A DNA stretch of 64,000 bases. Origin: Lobosporangium transversale. Its lineage: Eukaryota. Where the stretch lies: positions 372,001 through 436,000 of the forward strand of contig NW_019029005.1 of the NCBI RefSeq assembly GCF_002105155.1, in the 5' to 3' direction. A program made the position numbers and the translations under genes. The first letter of the stretch is position 1; the number at the start of each line of letters is the position of its first letter. This document shows positions 12,109-25,261 of this stretch, piece after piece. The notes below the pieces were generated by a model. It made no database searches. It was given only the letters and a program-made list of their open reading frames with translations, and was not told the DNA's origin.

Positions 12109-12938
12109 AAGTCAAAGGCTCACATATCCAAACGTTTTGTATACATGTACATGGCATATGCACGCTCTCATGGAAAATGTTTCGTGTTACTGTTGCTGTT
12201 ACGCGTCGTAAAATTGTAGACGTACATGTACGTACTACCACCATAGTACAAACATCCGGAGAATTAATTAAGAGCTCGGAGAAAGAACACGCCCCTGCAG
12301 GAAACATACACAGCCCTTCCTCTCTATAAGATTTGGACCACAGTTGACGAATCAACAGCCAGGAATTCAGAAACACAGCTTATTGGAAATTGCTTCGTCT
12401 GTTCCAACTTCCTTGGCTTTGGACAACCCCTTTGTTGATAAAGGTGTATTTCTCCAATAAGGCTCCCCTTGTTTAAAGCTAGGCTTAATGCCGAAATTGC
12501 TCATGGTCCCTTCTTGCCTCCAAGTACCTTCGAGGTCACGGTAAAAGTTGTCGGGCGCCTTGTAACAAGGAAAGAAATTAGGCAAAGGTTCGTGCTTGGA
12601 ATATGCACATATGCTGGTCTAATCCTTCTTTTCCAGAGATGGCCAACTTACTGATGCATGAGAGCCTCGTGGAGCTTCAAGTACATGCACAGTGCTGTTT
12701 TTTCACAAGAGTTTAATCAAACTTTGAGCATATTCGAAGTTTCGGCGGGGATGTGACGATTATACGTATATACCATGGAACAAAAAACAAAAAAAAAAAA
12801 AAAGCAAATCAATGCAATGCAAGGCCTAAGAAATGTCTATTTTTGATATCTTTATCAATCCTTGATTTTACTCGTCAAATTGACCCTCTCACTCACTCAC
12901 TCAACTCCGATCTCTGTCTATCTTTTTTTTTTTTAATG

Positions 12939-14792
12939 TTACTTGCTTGGATTGATTTCTCCCAAGAACATAGTTTTATCTGAACTGCATGAAACAACTA
13001 TTATTCGGGAAGCATCCATAATCATGAAAAATAATAAGCCGAAAAGGAAAGGAAAAAGTTAGTAAAAGTATACATATATGAACCAGTAAAAAAATAAAAA
13101 CAATAGAAATATAAAAATATCAAAGCCATGCAACAATTCTATATTTACCAATAGGTTCTTTTGGATGAAGTCTACTTCATAGACAGATCCCTTGTCCTGG
13201 CAGTTATAGAGGATCTTACGTGTCACAGTGCCCAGATGACGACGGTTCTGTCTCCAGAGCCTACCCAATCATGGCTCCATCTTTCGACCATGCAGGACGG
13301 ACTAGGTTCTTTTCAAACCCATGCGGTGCGCCTTCGAACGTCTTGAGCAATCGATTACCCGTTGCTGAAAACGGTTTTACATCCCAGGTCCTCACCGTGT
13401 TATCCATTGCATTCGACAAAAGCTGATTACCATCCGGTGATAAACTAATCCCCGAAATTGTATCTTGATGTCCCACCAACGAATATGAAACCGCCTTCTT
13501 CCGCAAATCCCATGCTGCAATCGTATTATCAATCCCTCCTGCAAATACCAAATCACCTGCATCCGAAAATGAGACCGCTGTGATCTGATAGGGCGACTCA
13601 AATGTTTCAACTGCATTTTTGGATCGAAGATCCCAAATCTAGTAGAGAAATATCAGGAGAAAGCATAAAAAAAACGCGTTTTAGGTGTTTCATTAGAAAT
13701 ATTGGAAAACAATAGACACATATATTATATAATAAAGAACCAGTATCACCGTCTCTAGGGTCTCTCGTGCTTTTTTTTTTTTTAATTTTTTCCATATACC
13801 TTGACTGAACCATCATCAGATCCACTAGCAAGCAATTCGGGTCCTCTTCTTGCTGGTGAACAACTGTTGACAAATGTTGAATGACCCTTAAATCTTTTAA
13901 TTCTTTCGCCCGTCTGCACATCAAAAACACCACAGCTTTTGTCTGTACCAGCCGTAAAAATCATACTGCAATCAAATTAATACAAAAAAAAAAAAAAAAA
14001 AAAAAAAAGAGTATTAACTGTGAGTGGTTTCGCTTCCTATTTTTCCCTCAAATGTTAACATTCCATGCTTGTTTACAATTATATCTTCCTGCATTTATAT
14101 GTCCATAATTGATATACCTATTGTCTCTCGACCAATGAAGCTCCGAAATAGTTCCTGAATGTCCTTTGATGTCTCCATAGTTATTGCAATCTCCATATGT
14201 ATTCCAAAGATCTGACGTGTATTTATTAATGAGAACAATAATGATTAAGGATCATTGGGTAGTTTATATTTCTATTTATTTATTCATTCATTTTTTTAAG
14301 AAGAAAAAAGATAAAAGATTAAAAAAAAAAAACTTACTAATATTGCCTCCCGTTCCTGCAGATGCAATATGCTCTCCTGAAGGACTGAACTTGCAAGTAT
14401 GGAATTCTGATTGACCCTGTAATAACAATATTGGAGCCTTGAGCGCGGACGTTCTCTTGACCTAATGTTATATGTATTTTTAAGTGATATTAGCCACCAA
14501 ATCCAATGATCCATGACTTTTTTTTTTATGATAATAGTAAAAGAAAAAAAGGGATTTCCGTGTCTATAATGCTATCCAGCGATCACTTCGTTTGTTTAGA
14601 TAATGAGTATATTTCCTTCTTCTCATCCCGTATTGACTTTTTTTTTTCTTTATCCATTACAGTTTGAACAAGTGCTCCACTGGCTCCCTTTGTCTGGATC
14701 GTGACAGCATTCGATTGTGCACCAGATTCGTCTGCTTTCTGGCGTTTCACAAGCGCCCCTTCTGATGTTGGTGGATCCCTGCGCTTATCCAT
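12939..14792 (-). CDS. SNRNP40: U5 snRNP 40 kDa WD40 protein (SNRNP40/Cwf17/Spf38)
   Basis: Exons give KRTSALKAPILLLQG, CKFSPSGEHIASAG, RRGPELLASGSDDG, LSPDGNQLLSNAMDNTVRTWDVKPF and GAPHGFEKNL. The last exon reads VSCSSDKTMFLGEINPSK*. Confidence 0.93.
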
Positions 14793-15213
14793 TATATATT
14801 ATAAAACCGGTGTAAAAAAAAAAAAGAGAGAGAGAAAGGTGTTCGAAAGGAGTGATGTGGTAATTGTAAAAAAAGAAAGTTGATCACTTCACTATTAAAA
14901 AAGTTTGATGGTCGACAGTTGAAAATTCGCTTGGAAATAACATTTTTGCTCGGAAATAACATAGTTACACGACTTCTCATTCAAGTTCAAGAAGCTTTTT
15001 TTTTTATTTTTTTGACTAAAGTGAAGAAATATTCTCTTTATTTATGACGTGAAAATTGTTTTTAACTTTTCTTCGAATGGTTCACTCTCCCTGAGTTAAA
15101 TATCTACGTTATTGTCATGGATCACTTTTATAAAATAATATGGATAATCCGATGAATATATTTATGTGAATGTGTGTCCAACGGATTCACAAAAGCATTT
15201 TTTTTTTTTTTGT

Positions 15214-15684
15214 CTACTTGATAAGAGTGGCCTCGACTTCAGCAGCAGTAATATTAGCAAGACGCGAGATTAAAGTCTCGTAAAAGTCAATGCCCTCCAA
15301 AAAGATATCTTCATGCATACGCTCATCATGATCGTGCAACAACAAAGGCGTGTTCTTGAGATACGAAACACCCAAGGCTGGAATACCAACTTCACGGAGA
15401 TAACGTGAATCCGTTCAGCTAATTTTTTTATGTTAATGTAGGAAAAGGATAGAGTTTAATATTAAAGAGCTAAATAGTCTTTTTGCTGTAACAAAAAGCA
15501 GTTGCCATGGCAAAGTAGTTTTTTTTTTTTTTTTTTTTTTTTTCTTACCTGGGAAAATCTCAGTCTCATACTCTACGTTCATACTCTTGCAGGCTTCACT
15601 GAAAACCTTCCACCAGATGTTAGATTCATCAATAGAAGTAAGTGTGTTGTCAAAATGGCCATTGACAAACTCCATGGTGACGCT

Positions 15685-15715
<31 letters not shown>

Positions 15716-17306
15716 GTTGTTATTTTCATCCGCAAGCATTCATAACTTAACAAGGAAAAGAAAAGGCTCCCTTATTTTATTTTATTTATATTTTATTCCT
15801 TACCCTGGCTGAGATGCAACCATGCTCTCAAGTTTAGCCTGGAATTCCTTCATATCGAAGAAGGGGCTTACACGGATATCAAATCCGCAAGTAGCTTTCA
15901 TGGGAATAACATTGAATTGAACGCCGCTCTAGAATTGATGTGATTTGTTAATCAAAAATGATGAGCATAATGCTTAAGTCTATCATTGATAAGGTATGTA
16001 ACCCTGGTTGATCCACTGAATATTTAAATATTATTACCTGCAAGAAAGTCAGATTAATGGTAGTGACATCTCCAAGTGTGTAGCGCTTGCCATTGTGATG
16101 CAATCCAACTTCAAGCAACTTCTCTTGCTCATTTCTCAGCTCCATAAACTTCTCAATCACCTTGAGCAGCTTGGAGGGGGCAGTATCCTGGATGAATTGC
16201 GACCCATGACCTGTAGGGCCTGTAGCTGTGATTTTGATCACCATGGCATACGCTCACCATAAAAGCCTTCAGTGCATTCTTGGGCGCAATACCCTCATCC
16301 AGGCGAATCCAACATTGAGACGTTTAAAATCTGGATTGATGTACAAGTAACTTCATGCCCTCGACGCCTCCGACTTCCTCCTCTATTGATCACAGATTAA
16401 TGATTATTTGATTAGTTACTGCAATTGTGTAACTATCAGACCAAATAAGGTAAGGTTACGCAGTAGGCGGCATGTCTTTTTTTTGCGTGATTTTTCTTAG
16501 TGTAAATGCAACCCTCTCTCCTTCAATCAAGGGCAATTGTGAGAAGACGGGTAAAACTGAATGCTTGCGCTACCACAACATTGATGTGAACTCTCACGCC
16601 ACAAAATAAAACAATTATTGTACAAAAAATAATTAAAATAAAGTCTACGAAATTGCTCTTGCCTGGGACCACATGTAAGGTGAATAGTTCGGAGCGGCTT
16701 CTTTCCTGCAGCACGATAGCGGCGAATGACCTCGAGATAACTATCACAATACATAAAAAAAATGAAACAAGGAAAATGTTAGACATTCCATTCAACTCAA
16801 GTGAATTTTTTTTTTTTTTTTTTTTTTTCGCTTTTTACCTGCTGCCAACACATTTCATATCTTGGGATCCACGGGCATAGATAAAGCCATCTACTTTGTT
16901 AGCTGCGAATGGATCCTGGGTCCACTTATCGAGAAAGACAGGCACCACATCTGTGTGGCTGTTGAGTAGGAGTGAAGGCAGACTAGGGTCTTGACCTTCC
17001 AAAGTCATGAACACCGTTGGTTTACCCTTCACACACTTTTTTTTATGGAATCAGAAAAGAGAAAAAAAAAAAAAAAAAAAAAAGAAATGAGTTTATTGCA
17101 AGAGAATGAGAATGAGGGTTCCAACAAATGTTTGTCATGGTCATTACCCAACTCACTACATGGTATGGAATACCAATCTCCTCTGCCTGACGAATCAGGA
17201 ATGCAGTACTACCAGCATAGTCGGGGGTGGGTTGCATAGTTTTGATTCGCAAATACTCGCGGAAACGAGTGACTGCAGGGTGTTCAGTTGCGTCAGGATA
17301 GGTCAT
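15214..17306 (-). CDS. ACY1: Aminoacylase-1 (M20A metallopeptidase family)
   Basis: [92 protein letters not shown]. Multiple introns; stop at 15214. Confidence 0.93.
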
Positions 17307-18414
17307 GATATGGATACAACACTGCAATAAATAGATGAGTAGGTAGATGGAGTTTGTCTATAAACGAAGAACGAAGCTGAGTTGGCGAGAAGGAAAAAAG
17401 AAACAGAAGAAGAAGAAGAAGAATAATAAGAATAAATACAGATGTATATATTACTATCAGTTTTTTTGGGAGTAGAGACGGTCGATTCAATCCTTATTGG
17501 ATGTAGGATACAGATTCAAATGCAAAGCATTCAGGGACGCCTTCAAGTTTCCCATGTAGCATTAATTGTGAGAAAATTGACCTAAAAGGGTGGAAGAAAA
17601 TACTCTCACAGTCTCGCTCGAGCACCGAATGGAAATCAAAGGGACAATATAGAGGTTCCAATGGAGATGCTTCATGACACCATTTCTCTGTGCCTAATTT
17701 ATTGAAGACAATAAAACAAAGGTATGATAAACCCCATACCCAAAACCTCGAGCAGAATATAATTGACCAATAGTTTTGCTCACTTCAACGTTTCACTGCC
17801 ATCTCATGTAAGCCACCTTAACCATGTGTGAGAATTATCAAACGATCTGCTAATTTGTGAAAATGAATAATGCTCGACGAGAAACATTATAACCGCGCCT
17901 TCAATCTCAATGGTCCTATCTCTATTATCTACAGATCTAGTCATCAATTGGGCGTTTCTACAGAGCTTCCTTCGCCCAATTCTCTTTCGAAGCGTTAGAG
18001 CCGAGCTCACCTCTTCGGATCATCACATCCTGACCTGTGGAGTCTCGCGTCTTTGGTGGCATATCCTCTATCATGAATTCTAATGTTGAGTTATTTTGGG
18101 CAGATGTCACATGGGGTATGTCCAAAGATACCTCCATCTCTTTGTTTTCCTTCCTGTTTTAAACTCGATTGCTCCATAGTTCCTGCCTCAAATGGTAGAA
18201 AGAATATCAATCTTTATTACACTGCATACTTGTCCTATCATTTCGATTCCAACCAATCAGTCCATGAATTATTAAGACTAACTATATTTCATACTTTTAT
18301 TTTCTTAGTTAATGAAGAAGTGGTGGCATACACAAAATAGGAGTGCTAGCACAAGTCGGATAAATGCTACTTCAGAGATTAAGATCAATCCGTAGGTTTC
18401 TTTTCATCTGCAAT

Positions 18415-19192
18415 TTACAACTTTGACGCGTTGTTGACTATGTCGTGAATATCAGCATTGCTGTAAAAAGCCACCTGTGTCTTGGATTTTGGATGAACTT
18501 CAACCCTGCTTGGTGTCACGCCCACCACTTCCACCGTATCTGAGGTCCGACTAGCGCATGCTCTTCGCCACCTTATCTACACCGACACTTGCTTTCTTCT
18601 CGCCACAAATCCACTACCGGCATAAGCAGATCAACTGCCATTTCTGCGAACCGGTTACCAGATTCACGAGGTTCAACAGGCTTGAGGAACCCAGGTTGGA
18701 AAATACTCACTCGCTCAAAGCCAATCGCGGCCAATGCATTCTCGGTTTCACCTTTAGTCTTGGGATACAAGAAGAATGATTTCTCACTCGCATTTGCAGA
18801 AGAACAATAGAGGTAATGAACCTTTGATCGTCCGGTCCTGGATCTTTTGGTGCTTTCTCATGGACATAACGGGCCGAGTCCAGTACGTATTGTTGATCAA
18901 TCTTCTTGAAACCCTCGGCTCCTCCTGCGGCTGCTCGTGTAGTTCCCAAAGTACAAAACACTACCTGAGGCAAGTCCGATTGTGGGAATGTCTCGGTGAT
19001 GTTCTCAAAATCAACGACTTTTTGCTCAATCACTTCTGTATTTGTAAAACTACCGTCGTCTGTTTTGACGGGGCGGCGGCCAAGGGTGAGGACATGAGTG
19101 AAAGCCTTGGAGGCAAGAGCATCACGGACAAGACATTTCCCCACCGCACCAGTGCCGCCAAAGATAAGAGCCGAGTTCTTTGAGATAGTCAT
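18415..19192 (-). CDS. Fmp52/TIP30(HTATIP2)-like NAD(P)-binding Rossmann-fold protein
   Basis: ALIFGGTGAVG, VLTLGRR, VFCTLGTTRAAAGGAEGFKKID, then (frameshifted) LYPKTKGETENAL and SIFQPGFL. Ends FYSNADIHDIVNNASKL*. Confidence 0.88.
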
Positions 19193-19856
19193 GAGCAAAA
19201 GTTTCAGTTGGATCTTTTTTTTTTTTTTTTTTTTTTTTTTTTGCCTCCTTTGTTACTTGAGGGTGAGGTGATAGATGGAATTATTCGTATATTTAAAAAA
19301 AAAAAAAAAAAAAAAAAAATTGCTTATGGCCGTATATTGTTGTTCTCGTTTAAACTGAATGCAATGAAAGACGAATGAATGAATGAATGTGAAGAAAAGG
19401 AGAGAAAGGGGAGAGGGGTGAGAGGGAAAAAATAAGAAAAAGGATGTGCTTACCTATTCTGCATTTTGTTTCGCTTATTTATTTACCGCACCGATCATTT
19501 TCATAATGCCCCAACGTTACGCGTCTGTCGTCCTTCTCCGAAGTTTCTCCTCAAACAGACCTTTTTTTTTTTTCTCTGTTGTTGTTTGCCCCATCCTTAC
19601 AAATGTCTTGGTGCTATTTATTTCTCAAGGCCTTCACGTTGGCCTTTGGAAATGTTGAATGATCCGGCAGTAGATCTCTTTTGATTAGCCCTTTTCAAAT
19701 ATAAATGGTTTACTTAACAAAATCTTATAATTGAAAAGGACTAACCAAAAAGAGCGACAAGCTTGACCCCAATATATCGGCCATAAAATAAGAAACACAT
19801 TCTGTATAATTGACGTATTTATTTATTTTTATACATTTACTAAAAGGACGGATGTC

Positions 19857-21840
19857 TTAGTAGATGTAAGGGAACAGCTTATATGGTAAAGCTTCTCGTA
19901 CTCTCCAGTACTTGCCATACTTGCCCTTGCAACGAGTGTGATCGCGCTGGATACGATGAAGGAGCAGATATTCATGTAAATGATGTAAAATAAGGCAAGA
20001 GGTGCTTGGTACGCAGGTCATGCACATGGCCAATGCCATCATCAAGTCTCCGACAAGTTGAAGTGGCGAGAGAGACCCCAGTAACCTGAGCAGAGCAAGA
20101 GAGACTGTGGACTTTCCATCTGAGGTTCACGAATGAGGTACGGATCACCTTGGCTGGCTTTCCCCAGATCATGCATTCGCCGTTAGTGGAGCGGACAATG
20201 TCCTTCTGATGGTTGACAGAGCGGAAGATGAAGTATCCAGTAAAGCCGATGGCAAAGATGATGGCGAATTGCACAGGCGTCAAGTCGACAGGGTTGCGGA
20301 AGAGATAGTGTGACTGGAGAGTGTACTATTATATGAAATAAGTAAAAAAAGAGAATGAGCATAAGCATGAAATATAGGTATGGATATGTATATGAGCACC
20401 AAGGGTGAATAATCATGCTCCTTGCTTAATGAATCACTGTTTATGACTAACTAGTGGTAGTACTTACCAACCAGGGCAACCAGACGGCATCACCCCAGGC
20501 GAGGTAGAATCCAAAGTGATCATGAGCAATGTCAATAGTACGGAGGTACCAGTCCTCATTGTAGAAATAATCGAGGACATAGGTACCATGGAGTAAGATG
20601 AGAAGAATCATCGAGTTGGTGACATAACCAATCTTCTGGTACTGAGCTGCGGCAAAGGAAAGGTCGATCATAGTCCAGGCCACAATACCGGGACGACCAT
20701 TGTGGAAGAGCTTAAAGTCAAAGTACTTGCCAATACGGGGGTTAAATTCGATACCCATCAAAAGATCATAGATGAACGAGCCTGAGAACTTGCGATCAGC
20801 AGGATGAGAGGGGAAAACGCGGGCCTTGAAGTAGCAGAAGAAGGTCAAGAAGTATCCGTACATGTTGGCAGCAAGCAAGAGACCACCCCAGTTCTCCTGA
20901 ATGACTGAGAGTCTCCACCAGCCAAAGTACAGTCCGCCAGCAGCAAAAATGATGTGTGAAATGATCCAAGCAAGCAAGCCATTAACCTATAAGAAACCAA
21001 AAAAAAAAAAAAAAAAAAAAAAAAACACATTCAGACGCGTTTTTTTCTGTTTCAGTAAAGCAAAAAAAAAAAAAAAAAAAAAAAACCCTCGCCATTGCTT
21101 GATAAAGGAGTGCGTCGTATACAGCAATACACCATTTTTCCTTTTTCTTCCTTTTCTTTGTTACCTTGTAGGGGAAAGGTGACCAGCAGGGGTGCGCTGA
21201 CCATAGCCAATCTTGGCGGGCAAGAAGGCATAGAGAGCAGCCTGGAAGAGCAGCCAGCCGAAGGCGATACGAGTAGCATGGGGCGAGAACCGAGGGACTT
21301 CACGGATTAGGAGGGTTTTGAGAGCCTCCATGTGGTCAGGCGCGTTGTAGACCTCCAATGCAGGTGCAGACATGGCACATTCATAGGCATTGCAGGAAAT
21401 GTATTGTACATCACCCACAAAGGCGACATAACCAGAATTCCGAGCGATATCAAGATCGTGCCAAACGAGACATCTAGCGAAATCAATAAAAGAAATGAAT
21501 GAGAAAACGCACACATTTCAATGTTTTCACTTTCTTGATTTCTTCTCATTCAGGAGATTCCATTTGTATTCCTCATTTGCAAACAATTGAGGAAGGTAAC
21601 AAGTCAGAAAGAAAGGACGTTCCAACCCCAGTTCAAAGGGAAGCCTCTTAGTCTTTTTTTTTTTCTTTTTTTTTTTTTTTTCTTCCACTCATTTCCTATT
21701 TGAAGAGGGTTCGTGGGTCTTTATTGTGTTGTTCATTTTTTATTTTTACCTCGATCGCGTCCCCATGTCTTGCCGACCTGAGCATCGATTTTGTTTTCAA
21801 CCTTTGTCTCTTGAGGTGATGGTTTCCTCTGCACAGCCAT
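19857..21840 (-). CDS. DHCR7: 7-dehydrocholesterol (sterol delta-7) reductase
   Basis: Short exon 1 MAVQRK...KTWGRDR. Core GIEFNPRIGKYFDFKLFHNGRPGIVAWT and NEDWYLRTIDIAHDHFGFYLAWGDAVWLP closely follow vertebrate/plant DHCR7 rather than ERG4/ERG24. Also GYFIFRSVNHQKD and C-terminal CKGKYGKYW...PYKLFPYIY*. Confidence 0.92.
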
Positions 21841-22772
21841 GGCGATGAAGTGGAAATAAGTAAGAAGAGAAGGATAAAGAGGAAAGAGTTGTAGAAGGAA
21901 AAAGGAAAAAAGAAAAAAAAAGAAAAAAAAAGTGGGATCTTTTGTGTGGGGAGAACATCAAAAACTCCTTAATCACGGTTAGAAAACAACTTTATCTAAA
22001 ATAGCATTTTCTCAACAGTCAATAAGCACTGCTTTTTTTTCCTTTTGTTTGTTTGTTTGTTTGTTTGTTTGTGAACTGAACACACAATGACACAGAGAAC
22101 AGACCTATCCATTGACCCTCTATCTCATTATCTGTTCTTACTAAACAACTTGACCATTGTCCTTCTCTTCCTTCCTGAATGCTTAGTTGGATTGGATCCG
22201 ATTACTTTTTTTTATCATTTCAAGCATTGATTGATGCCTTGTAATTGATCATTGAAAGAACGAGGAGGAAAAGTTTCACACGCATAACGACTGGAGAATT
22301 AGAGGATTGCACATGTACAACCAACTGGCAGGACAAACAGGAAAGGCTGGTCGACTGGTTGTGATACAGGATGTGGAGGCAAATCAGAACACATTTTGAT
22401 TGAATTACTGGTAAATCCTACCCAAGAATTTGGCGTGTAAGAAAGGGAACTGTGTTCCTTTTTCGAAAATGTGATCTGATTTCCACAGTGCATTTTGATT
22501 GGCTGACGCGACTATCATTCCATTTTTTTTTTTCATTTCTGGCGTCAGATAAGGTGGACCTCTTTTTCATTAGCTCACGTACAAGGAAGACTTGATTCTC
22601 GCCATCATAATTATAATTCATAACAGCATTATATATGTATATAGATGTATATATATATAATAGACAGTGAGGTTTAATGCTTGTGATCTGTACGTAGTAA
22701 AAACAGTATATTTATAAAAGCCTTTTTTTATTATTTAGGTCAGGGTATGAAATGAATGTATCTATAAAATCT

Positions 22773-25261
22773 TTATATGGCCCAGACAGTGTCTGCAACA
22801 GCAGTCCATAAGCTGTCTCGGTTCCATGCATTCTCTGGGGTATAGGCAAGCCGATGAGCCGCAATATGTCTTGCTGGGCTATAATCTAATGGAATCGTGT
22901 CATTGCCAGCATAGATCTCAATAAAAGGAATGGAGCAAAAGCCCTTGTACGGCAAACGCATCAATTTTGGAGGTGGAAGTACTGACAAATCCTCAAAGCT
23001 CTCAATTAGCTCGTCCAATGTTATAATCGATCCACCAGCATACGAAAACATGGACAGAGCCTCAGACACATAGTCACTAGTGTTGTTCCTGCCACTGCCA
23101 TTATCCCCGGTGGTGTTGTTGTTCCTTGGATGATGGTAGCCACCAACCGCTACAGCCTTAACCCCATGTTGACGTACAAGGAGGTCACTAAACATGCCAC
23201 ATGCAGAGCCACATAGGCCACTTGTCAGGATCGTGATATTGGCAGCATTATGCAACCATGGATGTTGTGTTCTTCCTGCCAATGTCTGGTTATTGGTATT
23301 GTTGAGAGGTAAAACGTAGTCTTCGGCCATAAAAAACAGATCTGTGTATTCAGCAACCCGATCATTGATTTTCAAGGACACAGGCTGTCGGAACAAATCG
23401 TCGTTGTGAACTTTTGCTGGGTTGTCCTATTTGCCAATATTTCCGGTTCATAGTAAGTATCTATATCAGCATTTACTAGATCAGCAGCCGCTAGTTTCGA
23501 GACTTCAGCTATAAGTCGGAAGCGAGCCGGGTGAGAGTTTGTTTGTTTGTCCTCAGAGGGGAAAAAAACGTTAACCAGATTTGTCATAGAAGAGATATAG
23601 CCTCCAGTATTGCCTGTAGTATCAATAATGATATGGGTCACGCTTCTCTGTGCCAGCATCTCCAAATATGATTGGATCGCTGAGACCTCTACCTCATCAT
23701 CTTCCCATTCTAGGGAAGATATAGCTAGGATGCCCACATTTGGCCTTGACATTAGTTGGTACACAGCTACGGCATCCCTCCCTGCAATAAAAGTAGCGTT
23801 TTGGAGGTTGATGGAAGACTTTTGATGTACTACTACTGGAAAGCCTTCTTCTCCTTCCCCTCTTTCAATTTCTATCGATCCCTTCTTGAAAACCAGCTTG
23901 TCCTTCCCCGAGTAGAGTCCTTGGAAATAGTCTGCATACTTGCGCTTACTCGTGTGCTTGACTCCATTGATTTTAGACCGGCTTTGCGATACACTTTGTT
24001 GACTGTCCTTAAGGCAAGTGGAGCATCCTCAGAAGTGAGTTGGGATTGAGATGTGGCATAGCAAACGTTTTCCAAGAACGAAGTTGTATCCTTGAACGTT
24101 CCAGGGGTTGGTCCATCAACGACCAGCCATGGGACACGGAACTTCATGTCTTTGGGACCGTTTACATTGTTGTCATTGCTGTCACATCGTAAGTGGTAGA
24201 TCAGATCATCGGTTTCTGGTAGACGATTTCTTGCGGAAAATAGACCCATCATATACATATCCCAATTCTGTGTCTCGGGATCACGGTAAACTTCCCCAAG
24301 TGCTAAATTAAACCGAGCGCCAGGGTCCTTGGATTCTCCCGTATACTTGTCTGCCCAAGCTTGAATATGCGACTGCGCGTCTTGTTCATTGATAGTCAGC
24401 ACTTCACAGTCATGAATATCACTGCCACTCATATCAAATACTCGGATGGACTAGAAGCAGATGACAACAGAGAGGGGATTGTTGAATATGTAAAAAGGAA
24501 ATAAGTAAAGGTATAATGGAAAAGCGGTATTTGTGGAGATTTAAAAAAATAAAAAAATAAAAAAATAAAAAAATAAAAAAATAAAAAAATAAAAAAATAA
24601 AAAAATAAAAAAATAAAAAAATAAAAAAATAAAAAAAAGAGTCTTACCTGCTTGCTGTTCACAACTGGGGCATAGAGTGTAAACGGCTGCATAAATATGA
24701 ACGAGGTATAGCACGTTGCTAAATATGACGAGTGTCCATGGTACGATGGTTAGAAACAGTAGTAGATACCGCTATCATAGAAAAGAATTATACCAATATA
24801 TTTGATGACTTACGCCAGTAGGAAACATGAGCGTCGTTGAGTGATTCTGCTAGCATGATCAGGTCCTCTTGAAAATCAAAATCCGCGAAATATTTTGTTT
24901 GGCGGATCTGTTCAATACGAGCCAAGGCATCAACAGGTTCACTCGAAAAAGGCTGTGTCAAATTAGGCGTCAGAGCAGAATCTCGGAAGATAAAGAAGTC
25001 GTTGAAAAGGGTCTGGAGCGAATCAAGTGTGATGTTGGCGAAATCCGGATTGAATTCGATGGATTTGTAGCAAGCTGCGACATCTCGCCTAGTAATCTCT
25101 GTCGTTTCTAAATGACTGAGGATCGTGCATGGGTCTGTACTTTCAAAAGAAGGAGAAGGAGGAGGAGAAGATATATCGGCGAGGGAGCGAACGGTGAGTG
25201 CAATACAAAGCACCGATACAAGTGCGAGCGCAAACGCGACTGGTTTGTGAGAGTTTGCCAT
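22773..25261 (-). CDS. Secreted peptidase S41 (tail-specific protease/CPAF-like) family protein
   Basis: Signal peptide. Motifs DFDFQEDL...SLNDAHVSY, DCEVLTINEQDA...DPGARFN, IIIDTTGNTGGY, ITILTSGLCGSACGMF and VKAVAVGG. Two introns and several frameshifts. Confidence 0.8.
24543..24638. repeat. (AAAAAAAT)n tandem repeat, about 11-12 units, intronic
   Basis: T every 8 nt from 24550 to 24630, inside an intron of the S41 gene. Confidence 0.9.

Noticed and set aside
21841..22320. Sterol-regulatory-like sites upstream of DHCR7
   Set aside because: Only partial short matches, expected by chance.
15214..25261. ACY1 - Rossmann protein - DHCR7 - S41 as a metabolic cluster
   Set aside because: No shared pathway and no backbone biosynthetic enzyme.
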